From assembly GCA_045863855.1 (NCBI GenBank), contig BTVV01000053.1, positions 1 through 38,924 on the forward strand: a DNA stretch of 38,924 nucleotides, read 5' to 3'. This document shows positions 8,933-19,146 of the stretch, one piece after another; position 1 is the stretch's first letter; each line of letters opens with the position of its first letter. Below the pieces are notes generated by a model. The model was given only the letters and a program-made list of their open reading frames with translations, made no database searches and had not been told where the DNA came from. A program made the position numbers and the translations under genes. Source of the stretch: Planctomycetota bacterium. Its GTDB lineage: Bacteria > Planctomycetota > SZUA-567 > H5-PLA8.

Positions 8933-10072
8933 ATGCTCAGTCTGGGATTGGACGCGGGAGCGGTGGGCTGGAAGCTGGTTCCAGTTCTGCTTGTATTTGG
9001 CGCAGTGCTGGCTGTGGTGCCGCTGCTCGTGTACCTGGAGCGCAAAGTTTGCGCGTGGATTCAAAACCGCGTGGGACCCAACCGCGTCGGATTGCTGGGG
9101 CCTGACGGTCTGGCGCAAGGCGTGCTGGGTTTTTCCGGAGGCAGCAAACGTTTTCTGGGCGGGTTGCTTCAGCCGCTGGCCGACGCGATCAAGCTCATCT
9201 CGAAGGAAGACTTCATTCCGGCGCAGGCAGATAAGTTTCTATTCAGCCTCGCGCCGTTTTTCGCGCTTCTTCCTCCGTTCTTGACCTTCGTGGTGGTGCC
9301 GGTAGGCGCGGATTTGACTTTCGGAAGTACAACGGTCCCGCTGATCGTCGCCGACCTGGGCATTGGGATGCTGTGGGTGCTTTCGGTCTCGAGCCTCGCG
9401 GCATACGGCGTGCAACTCGGCGGCTGGGCCAGCAACAGCAAGTTCTCGCTGCTGGGCGGGGTGCGCGCGACGGCGCAGATGATCAGCTACGAGATCGCCA
9501 TGGGATTGGTGCTGATCTCGGTATTCATGCATTACGATTCTCTGTCGCTGCCCGAGATCGTGCAGGCGCAGGCCACGTATTTCGATCCTCTGTTGGGGCG
9601 CTTGGCGTCCAACGGCCTGGGCAGTTGGGGCGTCTGGCACCAACCGTTGGCGGCGCTGCTGTTCGTGATCTGTGCCTTCGCCGAGAACAATCGCCTTCCC
9701 TTCGACATGCCCGAGTGCGAGGCCGAACTGGTGGGTGGGTACCATACGGAATACAGCAGCATGAAGTTCGGGATGTTCTTCCAGGGCGAATACATTGCGA
9801 TGCTGGCGATGGGCGCCGTGATCTCCACGCTCTTCTTCGGTGGCTGGCACTACCCGGGCTACGCCAGCGTGGCGGCGGCGAGTCCGAATCTAGCGGCGAT
9901 AATTTCGCTCGCGGTGCTGGGCGCCAAGGTAATGATTTTCGTGCTCTTTCAGATGTGGGTGCGATGGACGCTCCCGCGATTCCGCTACGATCAGGTCATG
10001 GAACTGGGTTGGAAGGTGCTGATTCCCCTTGCTCTGGTGAATCTGGTTGTGACGGCACTGGTGAACCTGTAA
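8933..10072 (+). CDS. nuoH: NADH-quinone oxidoreductase subunit H
   Basis: ERKVCAWIQNRVGPNRVG, QPLADAIKL, NRLPFDMPECEAELVGGYHTEYS, PRFRYDQVM. Start set to the ATG after AGGAG..GGGG; the track start is 8906. Confidence 0.96.
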   Translation: MLSLGLDAGAVGWKLVPVLLVFGAVLAVVPLLVYLERKVCAWIQNRVGPNRVGLLGPDGLAQGVLGFSGGSKRFLGGLLQPLADAIKLISKEDFIPAQADKFLFSLAPFFALLPPFLTFVVVPVGADLTFGSTTVPLIVADLGIGMLWVLSVSSLAAYGVQLGGWASNSKFSLLGGVRATAQMISYEIAMGLVLISVFMHYDSLSLPEIVQAQATYFDPLLGRLASNGLGSWGVWHQPLAALLFVICAFAENNRLPFDMPECEAELVGGYHTEYSSMKFGMFFQGEYIAMLAMGAVISTLFFGGWHYPGYASVAAASPNLAAIISLAVLGAKVMIFVLFQMWVRWTLPRFRYDQVMELGWKVLIPLALVNLVVTALVNL

Positions 10073-10095
10073 GGCCCGAAGAAAGAACAGCAAAC

Positions 10096-10725
10096 ATGAG
10101 CGACGCGCACGGACACGCGGACCACGGCAAAGCCGCGGCCTTGGATCTGCCGGCCGGCTACAAGTTGGCGCCCGGTGACCCCGGACAGTCCTGGGTCGAG
10201 AATCTCTTTTTGCCCGAGATCGTGAAGGGACTGGGCAACACGATGCGCCGGATGTTTACGCCGTCGTTCACCATCGATTACGACGGCACCGAACGCGACA
10301 ATCCACGCAAGTACCATCAGCCGCGCGAAGGTTACCGAGGCGAGCACTACCTCAAGAAAGACGAAAACGGCCACGTGAAGTGCGTCGCGTGCTTCATGTG
10401 CGCCGCGGCTTGTCCGGCCGAGTGCATTCACATCGAGGCCGAAGCGACGCCCGCCGACTGGCACGATCGCGAACGCTATCCCAAGCGCTTCGAGATCGAC
10501 ATGCTGCGCTGTATTTATTGCGGGATGTGCGAAGAAGCCTGCCCCGTGGACGCCATCGCGCTTTCCACAACCTACAACGTGGTGGCCGACAGCCGCGAAA
10601 GTAAAGTGTATCGGCGCGATAAGTTGCTGGAACTGGGCGAGCAATTGGGGCTCTCGCTATCGAAGCACGCGTACCGGCCGGACAATATTCCCGGTCATGT
10701 GCCCGAGAAGAAGCACGGCCACTGA
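10096..10725 (+). CDS. nuoI: NADH-quinone oxidoreductase subunit I
   Basis: Two CxxCxxCxxxCP motifs (CVACFMCAAACP, CIYCGMCEEACP). The real start is ATG 10096; the track ORF extends back over nuoH. Confidence 0.95.
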   Translation: MSDAHGHADHGKAAALDLPAGYKLAPGDPGQSWVENLFLPEIVKGLGNTMRRMFTPSFTIDYDGTERDNPRKYHQPREGYRGEHYLKKDENGHVKCVACFMCAAACPAECIHIEAEATPADWHDRERYPKRFEIDMLRCIYCGMCEEACPVDAIALSTTYNVVADSRESKVYRRDKLLELGEQLGLSLSKHAYRPDNIPGHVPEKKHGH

Positions 10726-10780
10726 CCGATTGGAATTAAGCGATTACGTTCGATATCAAAAAAGGGTCCGTCCCCTGGGA

Positions 10781-11926
10781 CTAGGACTGTAAATCCTGTT
10801 TCTTTTTACGAAGATATATCGCGAGTCCGATCGAGACCGCAAGCGCTCCCAGCCATAAGGCCCAGCGCGGTCGCCCTTCTTCGCCGGGCGGAAGGTCGTT
10901 GGATTTAATTTCGCGGTACCAGCGGTCGATCCATTCGGCCTGGTATTCGCGCAGCGCGCTCCAGTCGACTTGCAGCGGCTTCAGGTTCAGATCCTTCATC
11001 CACGCGGGCAGTTTGTCGGGGGGCAAGTCCGTGCGCGCAGGCAGGCGGTTGAACTCGGCGGCTTGGAGAAGCAGTTCTTCGGTGGAGCCCACGAACTCGA
11101 TGAAGGCGCGGCCCAATTCGGGGTGCGGAGCGCCAGCCACCAGCGCCACCGGATCGAACGGCGCGGGCGCATCTTCAGGGATGACGAACTCGAACGGGAG
11201 ACCGTTCGTATCGCGCTGCAGGAAGACGTCGGGCATGTTCCAGGGCGCGAGCGCGAAATCGTTGGGCCCTTGAAGCATTTCGTACATGGCTTGCGGGTCC
11301 GCGGCGTAGGCGCCGGTATTCCAATGCAAACGGCCCAGGAAGTGGAATCCGTCGTCGATCTGGCCGGTGCGCTTCCACTCGCGCCAGATCAGCCCGCAAA
11401 AAATGGTCTTCATCGTGCCGCTGGGGCGAACGTCGCGTACGACGATTCGGCCTTTCCACTTTAGATCCAAGAGGCCTTCCCAGGTGGTGGGCACATCCTC
11501 GCGCTTCAGCTTTTTGGCGTTGTACATGATCACGGTGGGCGTCTGGTAGAGCGCGTACCACATGCCCGTCTGGCCACGGCCGCCACGAGGCAGAGCGTCG
11601 CGCCAGGACGGCTCGCACGGCGTCAGCAGTCCGTCGGCTTCGGCCAATTGAAAATCGGCCGTCGTGCCTCCCCACCATACGTCACAGACGGGCTGTGCGC
11701 GTTCGGCCTGTAAACGGTTTGCGATCTGGCTGGCGGGAATGTCGAGAATGGTCAGGGTGACGCCGGGGTGTAGCGCGACGAAGCGTTGCTTCACGGCGTC
11801 TTCCAGTTCGGCGCCGTGGGGCGAGTAGACGACGAGTTCGCCCGATAGCGGTTCGGCCGCGCGCGCGCCGCCGCATGCGAGCCATGCGCTCAGCAGCAAC
11901 GCAATTCCCAGGCGTTGGACAAGCAT
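10781..11926 (-). CDS. ABC transporter extracellular solute-binding protein (Fe3+/thiamine/phosphonate-type family) with C-terminal TM anchor
   Basis: Signal peptide; LVVYSPH, DVWWGG, VIMYN, PTTWEGLLDLKWKG; C-terminal WALWLGALAVSIGLAIYLRKKK. Confidence 0.85.
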   Translation of the reverse strand: MLVQRLGIALLLSAWLACGGARAAEPLSGELVVYSPHGAELEDAVKQRFVALHPGVTLTILDIPASQIANRLQAERAQPVCDVWWGGTTADFQLAEADGLLTPCEPSWRDALPRGGRGQTGMWYALYQTPTVIMYNAKKLKREDVPTTWEGLLDLKWKGRIVVRDVRPSGTMKTIFCGLIWREWKRTGQIDDGFHFLGRLHWNTGAYAADPQAMYEMLQGPNDFALAPWNMPDVFLQRDTNGLPFEFVIPEDAPAPFDPVALVAGAPHPELGRAFIEFVGSTEELLLQAAEFNRLPARTDLPPDKLPAWMKDLNLKPLQVDWSALREYQAEWIDRWYREIKSNDLPPGEEGRPRWALWLGALAVSIGLAIYLRKKKQDLQS

Positions 11927-11974
11927 AAACGCGGTCTACCCGAAGCGCGCGCGGATGCCAGTCCCGCGCGGCGT

Positions 11975-13564
<1,590 letters not shown>

Positions 13565-13613
13565 TTAGAGCTGAAAAAGGGACCGAGCGGCGAAAGCAGC
13601 CTTCCATGGGGAA

Positions 13614-13641
13614 AGGCTACCGACGCGCATCAGGCTGTCAA
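13614..13641 (-). promoter_or_regulatory. Sigma70-type promoter of guaB
   Basis: Minus strand TTGACA-N16-TAGCCT. Confidence 0.55.
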
Positions 13642-13920
13642 GGCGCGGGATAAGCCAAGGCCGGCAGACGATTCTTTTATTCGGCAGCCAGACCGGCCCC
13701 TCAGACGGCTAAGAAAGGCCGCTTGATGGCGTCCTCACGAGCATCGCACTTATGGGAGGCAGTGAAACTTGAAACTTTCGAACCTCTTTTTTTGTTGCAC
13801 AGGCACACGCGCGTTCTTTTCTGGGCCTTTTTCGGACTTCGGTGTTGACTCATTCGCTTTACACGGCTAGATACCTGCCCCGCATACCCATTCGTTGCGG
13901 CAGGCGCAGGAGGGGGTCCG

Positions 13921-14412
13921 ATGGAACGAACGGCGATGGAAACGATGCCCGAACCACAAGCCAAACACCTGAACTCAGGCGATATGGCCCGCTTTCGCGA
14001 GATCCTGATGGATAAGCGCGAACAGCTCAATGGCCAAGTTGAGTCGCTGAGCAAAGATGCCACGGCCAGCACCGAATCGACCGAGCACTCTAAGTCGCCG
14101 CTCAACAATGCCGAAAACGCCAGCGATACCTACGAGCAGGATTTTGCGTTCCTCTCGATCGAGAGCGAAGAGGAACTGCTCGACAAGATCGAGAACGCGC
14201 TGGAGAGGATCCAGGAGGGGAGCTACGGGGTCTGCGAAGCCTGCGAGACGGATATTCCCGAAGAGCGCCTGGAAGTCATGCCTTGGGCCGACCTGTGCGT
14301 GAAGTGCCAGCAGCTCGAAGAACAGGGCGGCATGCGCCGCAGCGGCAGGGACTTCGAGTTGCTGGACGACGACGCCGATCAAGCCGGCGCTCCGGGCGAC
14401 GAGGACGCGTAA
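13921..14412 (+). CDS. TraR/DksA family C4 zinc-finger transcription factor
   Basis: Coiled coil followed by ALERIQEGSYGVCEAC..IPEERLEVMPWADLCVKC; strong RBS AGGAGG. Confidence 0.92.
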   Translation: MERTAMETMPEPQAKHLNSGDMARFREILMDKREQLNGQVESLSKDATASTESTEHSKSPLNNAENASDTYEQDFAFLSIESEEELLDKIENALERIQEGSYGVCEACETDIPEERLEVMPWADLCVKCQQLEEQGGMRRSGRDFELLDDDADQAGAPGDEDA

Positions 14413-14442
14413 GCGCCCGAGCGGGGCCTGGCTCGGGAGCCC

Positions 14443-14477
14443 CTTCCGAAATCACAATTCTAAAATCCCAATTCCGA
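14443..14477. repeat. Imperfect tandem heptamer repeat (5 units)
   Basis: cttccga-aatcaca-attctaa-aatccca-attccga between the dksA-like gene and lspA. Confidence 0.5.
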
Positions 14478-14499
14478 ACGCCTCTCGTAGACTGCTCCC

Positions 14500-15066
14500 A
14501 TGCGCCGCCCTTGGATTTTCTTATCGGTAGTGCTGCTGGGGATCACCGCTGACCAGTTCAGCAAGGTCTGGGTATTTTCCACCGTGCCCGCGGACGGCTT
14601 GGCGTGGTGGCCGGACGTCTTGCACTTCACACCCGTGATCAACGAAGGCGTCGCGTTCAGTATGCTGGCCGGGCAGGATCTGGTGATTTTGACGATTGCC
14701 ATTTTTGCGGTTTGTGCCTTGATCGCGTGGTATTGGAAGCGGCGTCAAACCTCGGGTGCGCTGGTGCTGGCCACTCAATCCTTGCTGCTCATTGGCGCAA
14801 TCGGAAATCTGATCGACCGAGTGATCTTCGGCGGCGTGCGAGACTTCTTCGACTTTCGGCCCGAGCTTCCCTTTGTCGGGCATTGGGCGATATTTAACGT
14901 GGCCGATATCTGCATCTGTGTCGGTGTCTGCCTGTTTGTGTGGTACGAGTTCAAGCAGCCCGAAACTGAAAGTGCTCCGACGCTTTCCTCGGCCGTGCCT
15001 GCTCCGGAAACTCCGGCGGCCGAAGGCGGGATTCCGCCTTCGACCACCGACCCGCCGAGCGCTTAA
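14500..15066 (+). CDS. lspA: Lipoprotein signal peptidase II
   Basis: DQFSK, NEGVAFS, GAIGNLIDR, VRDFF, FNVAD motifs. Confidence 0.96.
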   Translation: MRRPWIFLSVVLLGITADQFSKVWVFSTVPADGLAWWPDVLHFTPVINEGVAFSMLAGQDLVILTIAIFAVCALIAWYWKRRQTSGALVLATQSLLLIGAIGNLIDRVIFGGVRDFFDFRPELPFVGHWAIFNVADICICVGVCLFVWYEFKQPETESAPTLSSAVPAPETPAAEGGIPPSTTDPPSA

Positions 15067-15150
15067 GCCGGGATGCAGACTTGCAATGGAGAACGGAAAA
15101 GGTCGGTTCATCGAGAGGCATGCCCAGTAGTCCGTTCACCGTTCACCGAG

Positions 15151-16758
15151 TTACTGCGCACCGCCTACGGCCTTGCCCGTCTTGTCCAAGCGGGCCGTAT
15201 AAAGCAGGTTCGCGTGCCGCGTATAGGCCTGCTGGCCCAAGCGTAGAAGGACATCGACGGCCACCGCCGCTTTGGTGGCGGTAAGGTTGGCCAGACCTTC
15301 GTCGACCCAGTCGGGCCCGAGATTGCCCAGCAGGATGAGCGAGCAAGAGCCGCTGCGTGGGTTGAGTTTGAATGTGCCCAGCGTGGACCGGCCAATTCCG
15401 CGGCGGTCGAGCACGAAGGTGGCGGCGACGCCGCCGACGTCCACTTGGACCGTTGCGCCTTCCAACACGAAGCCTTGAGGCACGGCCAGCGTACCGGTGA
15501 AGGACGCTTTATCGCGCCCGAAAGCTTTGAAATTGCGGCTGAGTTGTATGCGCTTCAGGGCCAGCGGCAGTTCGGCCGGAGCCACGGCCAGTATCACCAC
15601 CTCGAGTGTGGCTACGTCGGTGCCACCGTTGCCGTCGTTTACGGTTAGGGTCGCTTCGTAGGTGCCCGGGGCGGCGTAGGCGTGCGTAGTTTGGGCGCCG
15701 CTGCCGATCTCCCCGTCGCCGAAGTCCCAAGAGTAAGTCAGGTCGTTGCCGTCCGGATCGCCGGCTGTCGCAGTGAAGAGTATCTCATCACCGGCATGAG
15801 CGGGGGTGGAGGATGCATCGATGCTCTCGATGACCGGGTTCGCATTGACAGGAGGTGGGGGCGGGGGAGCCGCCAAGTCCGCGTTCGCGCCAAGGAAGGC
15901 GAGCAACTGGGCATCGGAGACTTGTGCCGGATCGGCGAAATTCAAGCCCACCAAGTTTGCCGGCACCGCCGGCCGTCGGTAGCGCAGGTAGTCGAAGAGC
16001 GCCACCAAGTCCGGATTGCCATTGGTGAGCACCGTCTGGTTGTATTCCACATAGGATAAGCCGCTCATCGAATTCCAATCCGTGTAGGTGGTAAGGCCCA
16101 CTTGCATGGTGGCGGGCATATCGGGCCGGCTGTAGCGCCGGTGCACGACCCACGCGCCGCCTTCGGGACGCCGCAGACAGATGAATACCGAACCGATGCG
16201 GGCAACTTGAATGCGTACGCGTGCCGTAGCGGGCGTAATGTCCAGCGTCGAGACGCTGTTGACGGTGGTCTTGACTTCGTGCTGGTACGTGCCCGGATTG
16301 CTAGCGGAACCCACCGATAAGAAGATGTAGTTCTCACCGCCCGGCGCCCACGTCTCGCGGGTGGTGGTCTTGGGCGTTCTCACCATGATGCCGGCCAGCG
16401 AATAGAGCGCCTCTGGAGCACCGGCGCCTCCGCGGCGATGGGTCTCGACGTCCGTGGTTACCACGAAGTCGCCGCTGACGGGTTTGAAGGCCAGCACGCC
16501 ACGGTAATCGTTGTACCAACCGTTCGTGTACGGCATCATCATCAGACGGCCAGGCGAGGTTTCGCCGATATCCCAGGCTTCGAGTTGGTCTCCGTTCCAC
16601 TCTTCAACGTCGCTCACGCGCTGAAAGTTCGTCCAGGTGGCCGGATCGTCGAATTCGTCGGAAAGCGGCGTAAGGTCGTCCTGCGCCGAGGTGTTCCAGG
16701 CGCAAACGCACAAAATCGGCGCGATCCACAGTCGATGCAAGCGGTTCTGACGATTCAT
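15151..16758 (-). CDS. Secreted PKD-domain protein (N-terminal ConA-like beta-sandwich, Pro linker, PKD, C-terminal beta domain)
   Basis: Signal peptide from ATG 16758 (track start 16917); PPPPPP linker; PKD signature YSWDFGDG..HAYAAPGTYEATLTVND. Confidence 0.8.
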   Translation of the reverse strand: MNRQNRLHRLWIAPILCVCAWNTSAQDDLTPLSDEFDDPATWTNFQRVSDVEEWNGDQLEAWDIGETSPGRLMMMPYTNGWYNDYRGVLAFKPVSGDFVVTTDVETHRRGGAGAPEALYSLAGIMVRTPKTTTRETWAPGGENYIFLSVGSASNPGTYQHEVKTTVNSVSTLDITPATARVRIQVARIGSVFICLRRPEGGAWVVHRRYSRPDMPATMQVGLTTYTDWNSMSGLSYVEYNQTVLTNGNPDLVALFDYLRYRRPAVPANLVGLNFADPAQVSDAQLLAFLGANADLAAPPPPPPVNANPVIESIDASSTPAHAGDEILFTATAGDPDGNDLTYSWDFGDGEIGSGAQTTHAYAAPGTYEATLTVNDGNGGTDVATLEVVILAVAPAELPLALKRIQLSRNFKAFGRDKASFTGTLAVPQGFVLEGATVQVDVGGVAATFVLDRRGIGRSTLGTFKLNPRSGSCSLILLGNLGPDWVDEGLANLTATKAAVAVDVLLRLGQQAYTRHANLLYTARLDKTGKAVGGAQ

Positions 16759-16998
16759 GAAGCGGCTCCCTTTTCCCTGGTACCGCGGTTCTCGACCGCG
16801 CGGTGGGAACATGGCAAAGCCTGGACCGGCGCGCCCAAGTTCGCTCCGAAATCGCATAAGATCTTTGTTTCGAATAGGTTGCCAAATCGCGGCAGCGTTT
16901 GGTTCTTGAACGTTCAAACGGAGGAGCGACCGCGTAGCAAACGCTATGACCGATTGCGTAAGCCGATCGCGTTGGCCGGTCCAACGACTGCGGAGAAA

Positions 16999-17742
16999 TC
17001 AGAGGCCCAGTTCGCGGCGTCGCTTGCGAACTTCGGCGACCAAGCGTTCGAGCGTCTGCTGCGGGGAGAGGAAGGTGGTATCGAGTTCGATGGCGTCGTC
17101 GGCTTTCTTCATCGGCCCGATGGCGCGTGAGGCATCCACGTGGTCGCGGAACTCGATCTGCTTGCGCAGTCCTTCCAGTTCGTACGTCTCGCCGCGAGCG
17201 TGGAGTTCCGTGGCGCGACGGCGGGTTCGCTCTTCGAGATCGGCTTGGATGAAGAACTTGATGAAAGCGTCCGGAAAGACCACGGTGCCGATGTCGCGCC
17301 CTTCCAGGACCACGCCGGGTGCATGGTGAGACAACACTTCCAGCGCGGCAGTACGCATCTTCTTGACCAGTACACCGCGCACCGCATCGTTGTTCACGAC
17401 GGGTTTGAGCTTCTGGGTCAAGGCCGCGGTGAAGAGTTCGCCGGTGAGGTCGCGCTTGCGCGCGCCCGGCCGCGAGGCGACCACGAAGCGCTGGATGCAT
17501 TGCGGCGAGGTGAAGTCGTACTCGAACGCCATCTCTTCGGCGACTCTTGCGGCGCGATCGGGATGGGCTTCCGCATCGATTCCGCCTTCAACGACCAAAT
17601 AGGCCACGGCGCGGTACATCGCCCCGGTGTTGATGTGCGCGAAGCCTTCGGCCTCCGCCAGCATCTGCGCGGCCGTAGACTTGCCGCTGCCGGCAGGGCC
17701 GTCGATGGCAACTATCAAAGGTCGAATCTCGTTTGCACTCAT
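16999..17742 (-). CDS. cmk: Cytidylate kinase (divergent)
   Basis: AIDGPAGSGKST, TGAMYRA, EGRDIGTVVFPDA, RDHVDASR. Confidence 0.9.
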   Translation of the reverse strand: MSANEIRPLIVAIDGPAGSGKSTAAQMLAEAEGFAHINTGAMYRAVAYLVVEGGIDAEAHPDRAARVAEEMAFEYDFTSPQCIQRFVVASRPGARKRDLTGELFTAALTQKLKPVVNNDAVRGVLVKKMRTAALEVLSHHAPGVVLEGRDIGTVVFPDAFIKFFIQADLEERTRRRATELHARGETYELEGLRKQIEFRDHVDASRAIGPMKKADDAIELDTTFLSPQQTLERLVAEVRKRRRELGL

Positions 17743-17798
17743 GCGTCTCACTATCCGGTAGAAATAGCTCTTCCGCAAGGTGAGGCGGGGGACTTGGG

Positions 17799-19019
17799 TC
17801 ACCACCCGCCGCCGCCTCCGCGACCGCCGGAACGCCCGCCGCCGAACCCGCCGCCTCCGCTGCTGCGGCCTCCGCCCAAGGACGAACTACCGCCAAACGA
17901 AGAACCGCCGCCGCTTGAAGAACGTGTCTTGCGTGCCGTGCGGTAGGTGTAGCTGTTGCGGTACGAGCAGTAGCGGCATTGCTCATCCACGTGGACGAGG
18001 CCGCCGTGATCGTAGGTCGCATGTCGTACGGTGGTGCTTTGGGAGTGCTTGGTTTTACCGTGGCACGACGGGCACTTGCCGTAGGAACTGAAGAGTGCGC
18101 CCCAGCGTAGGATCTTGATATCCCGACATTCCGGGCACTGCCAGACGTCGTAGTCGACGCTGCCGAGTCGTTCCTCGGTGCGCTGCTTGGCATTGAGGTG
18201 TTCGTCGTCAGCCGCCTCGGAGAGTCGCTGCATGGAAAGCCGACAGCTTGCGCAGCGCCGCGCGCGGTAGCGAAGCCAGTAGTAAAGCCCCACGCCGCCG
18301 CCCAAAACGCCGGGAATCGCCAGCACCAGCCAGGGAAAGTGGGAGCTTGGCGTGGCTGGAACGGAGGATGCCGGGTCGGGGATGTATGTGATTTCCAGGC
18401 GTGGCGCGGGCTGAGTAGTATCGACGGCCGGTAGGGTCTCGGAATCGGGCTCGGCCGCCGAATTCGGTTGGGCGGGAGTCTCCAGGGGCAAGACCCCCTC
18501 ATCCACCTCGGTAATTGGCGCGGCTGCGGGCAGCAGGAGGATATCTCTCGCGCACGCTTTGGCGGCTGCGAGCAACGCTTCGCCGGGCCGGCCGGAGCGA
18601 AATCGCGGGACCATTTCCTGGTCGAAGATACGTTGGGCCGCAGCGACCTGCGTATCGCGATCGATACCCGTGCCCAGGACGATCTCGGCTTTGCGGTCGT
18701 CCAGCGCGGCGAAGATCAAGATCCCGTTGTTGCGCGTAGCATGACCGACGCCCCAGTGATTGAAGAGGCGGGTAGCGAAGGCGCGTGGTTCCTGGCCGCC
18801 AAGGCTTCGAATCGTGACGACCGCCAGTTCTGCCCCGCTCTCGCGCCGGACTCGATCGCCTAGCGTATTCAGTTCGGCTAGCAAGCCGGCAGGAATGGCG
18901 TGGGCGCTGTCTGACACCCAGCCGGTTGGGCGGGGCGATGGGATATCGGTAACGTCCAGCGCCGCAGCGGAAGAACAGATCCAAAACACCGCCACGACCC
19001 AAGCCCGAGGAGAGCCCAT
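17799..19019 (-). CDS. TPM-domain membrane protein with C-terminal CxxC zinc ribbons and Gly-rich tail
   Basis: LFNHWGVGHATRNNGILIF, one TM segment, four CxxC pairs, ends GGFGGGRSGGRGGGGGW. Start moved to ATG 19019 to give a signal peptide. Confidence 0.88.
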   Translation of the reverse strand: MGSPRAWVVAVFWICSSAAALDVTDIPSPRPTGWVSDSAHAIPAGLLAELNTLGDRVRRESGAELAVVTIRSLGGQEPRAFATRLFNHWGVGHATRNNGILIFAALDDRKAEIVLGTGIDRDTQVAAAQRIFDQEMVPRFRSGRPGEALLAAAKACARDILLLPAAAPITEVDEGVLPLETPAQPNSAAEPDSETLPAVDTTQPAPRLEITYIPDPASSVPATPSSHFPWLVLAIPGVLGGGVGLYYWLRYRARRCASCRLSMQRLSEAADDEHLNAKQRTEERLGSVDYDVWQCPECRDIKILRWGALFSSYGKCPSCHGKTKHSQSTTVRHATYDHGGLVHVDEQCRYCSYRNSYTYRTARKTRSSSGGGSSFGGSSSLGGGRSSGGGGFGGGRSGGRGGGGGW

Positions 19020-19146
19020 GTCGAAAGCAGCATGCATTCTTTTTCTTGCGCTCCAAGATCCGATGTTCGAAACGACCGAAGCAGACGGATCCATTAATGA
19101 GCGAGTGGGACGAAGCCTTTAGGCGCGATTCAAGATTTTTTGACCG

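Noticed and set aside
9373..10095. Long N-terminal extension of NuoI in the ORF track (likewise NuoD from 3510 and RecA from 31924)
   Set aside because: These overlap upstream genes or promoters; downstream starts give normal proteins.
13845..13873. TTGACT-N17-TAGATA promoter for the dksA-like gene
   Set aside because: The -10 lacks the conserved final T; too weak to call.
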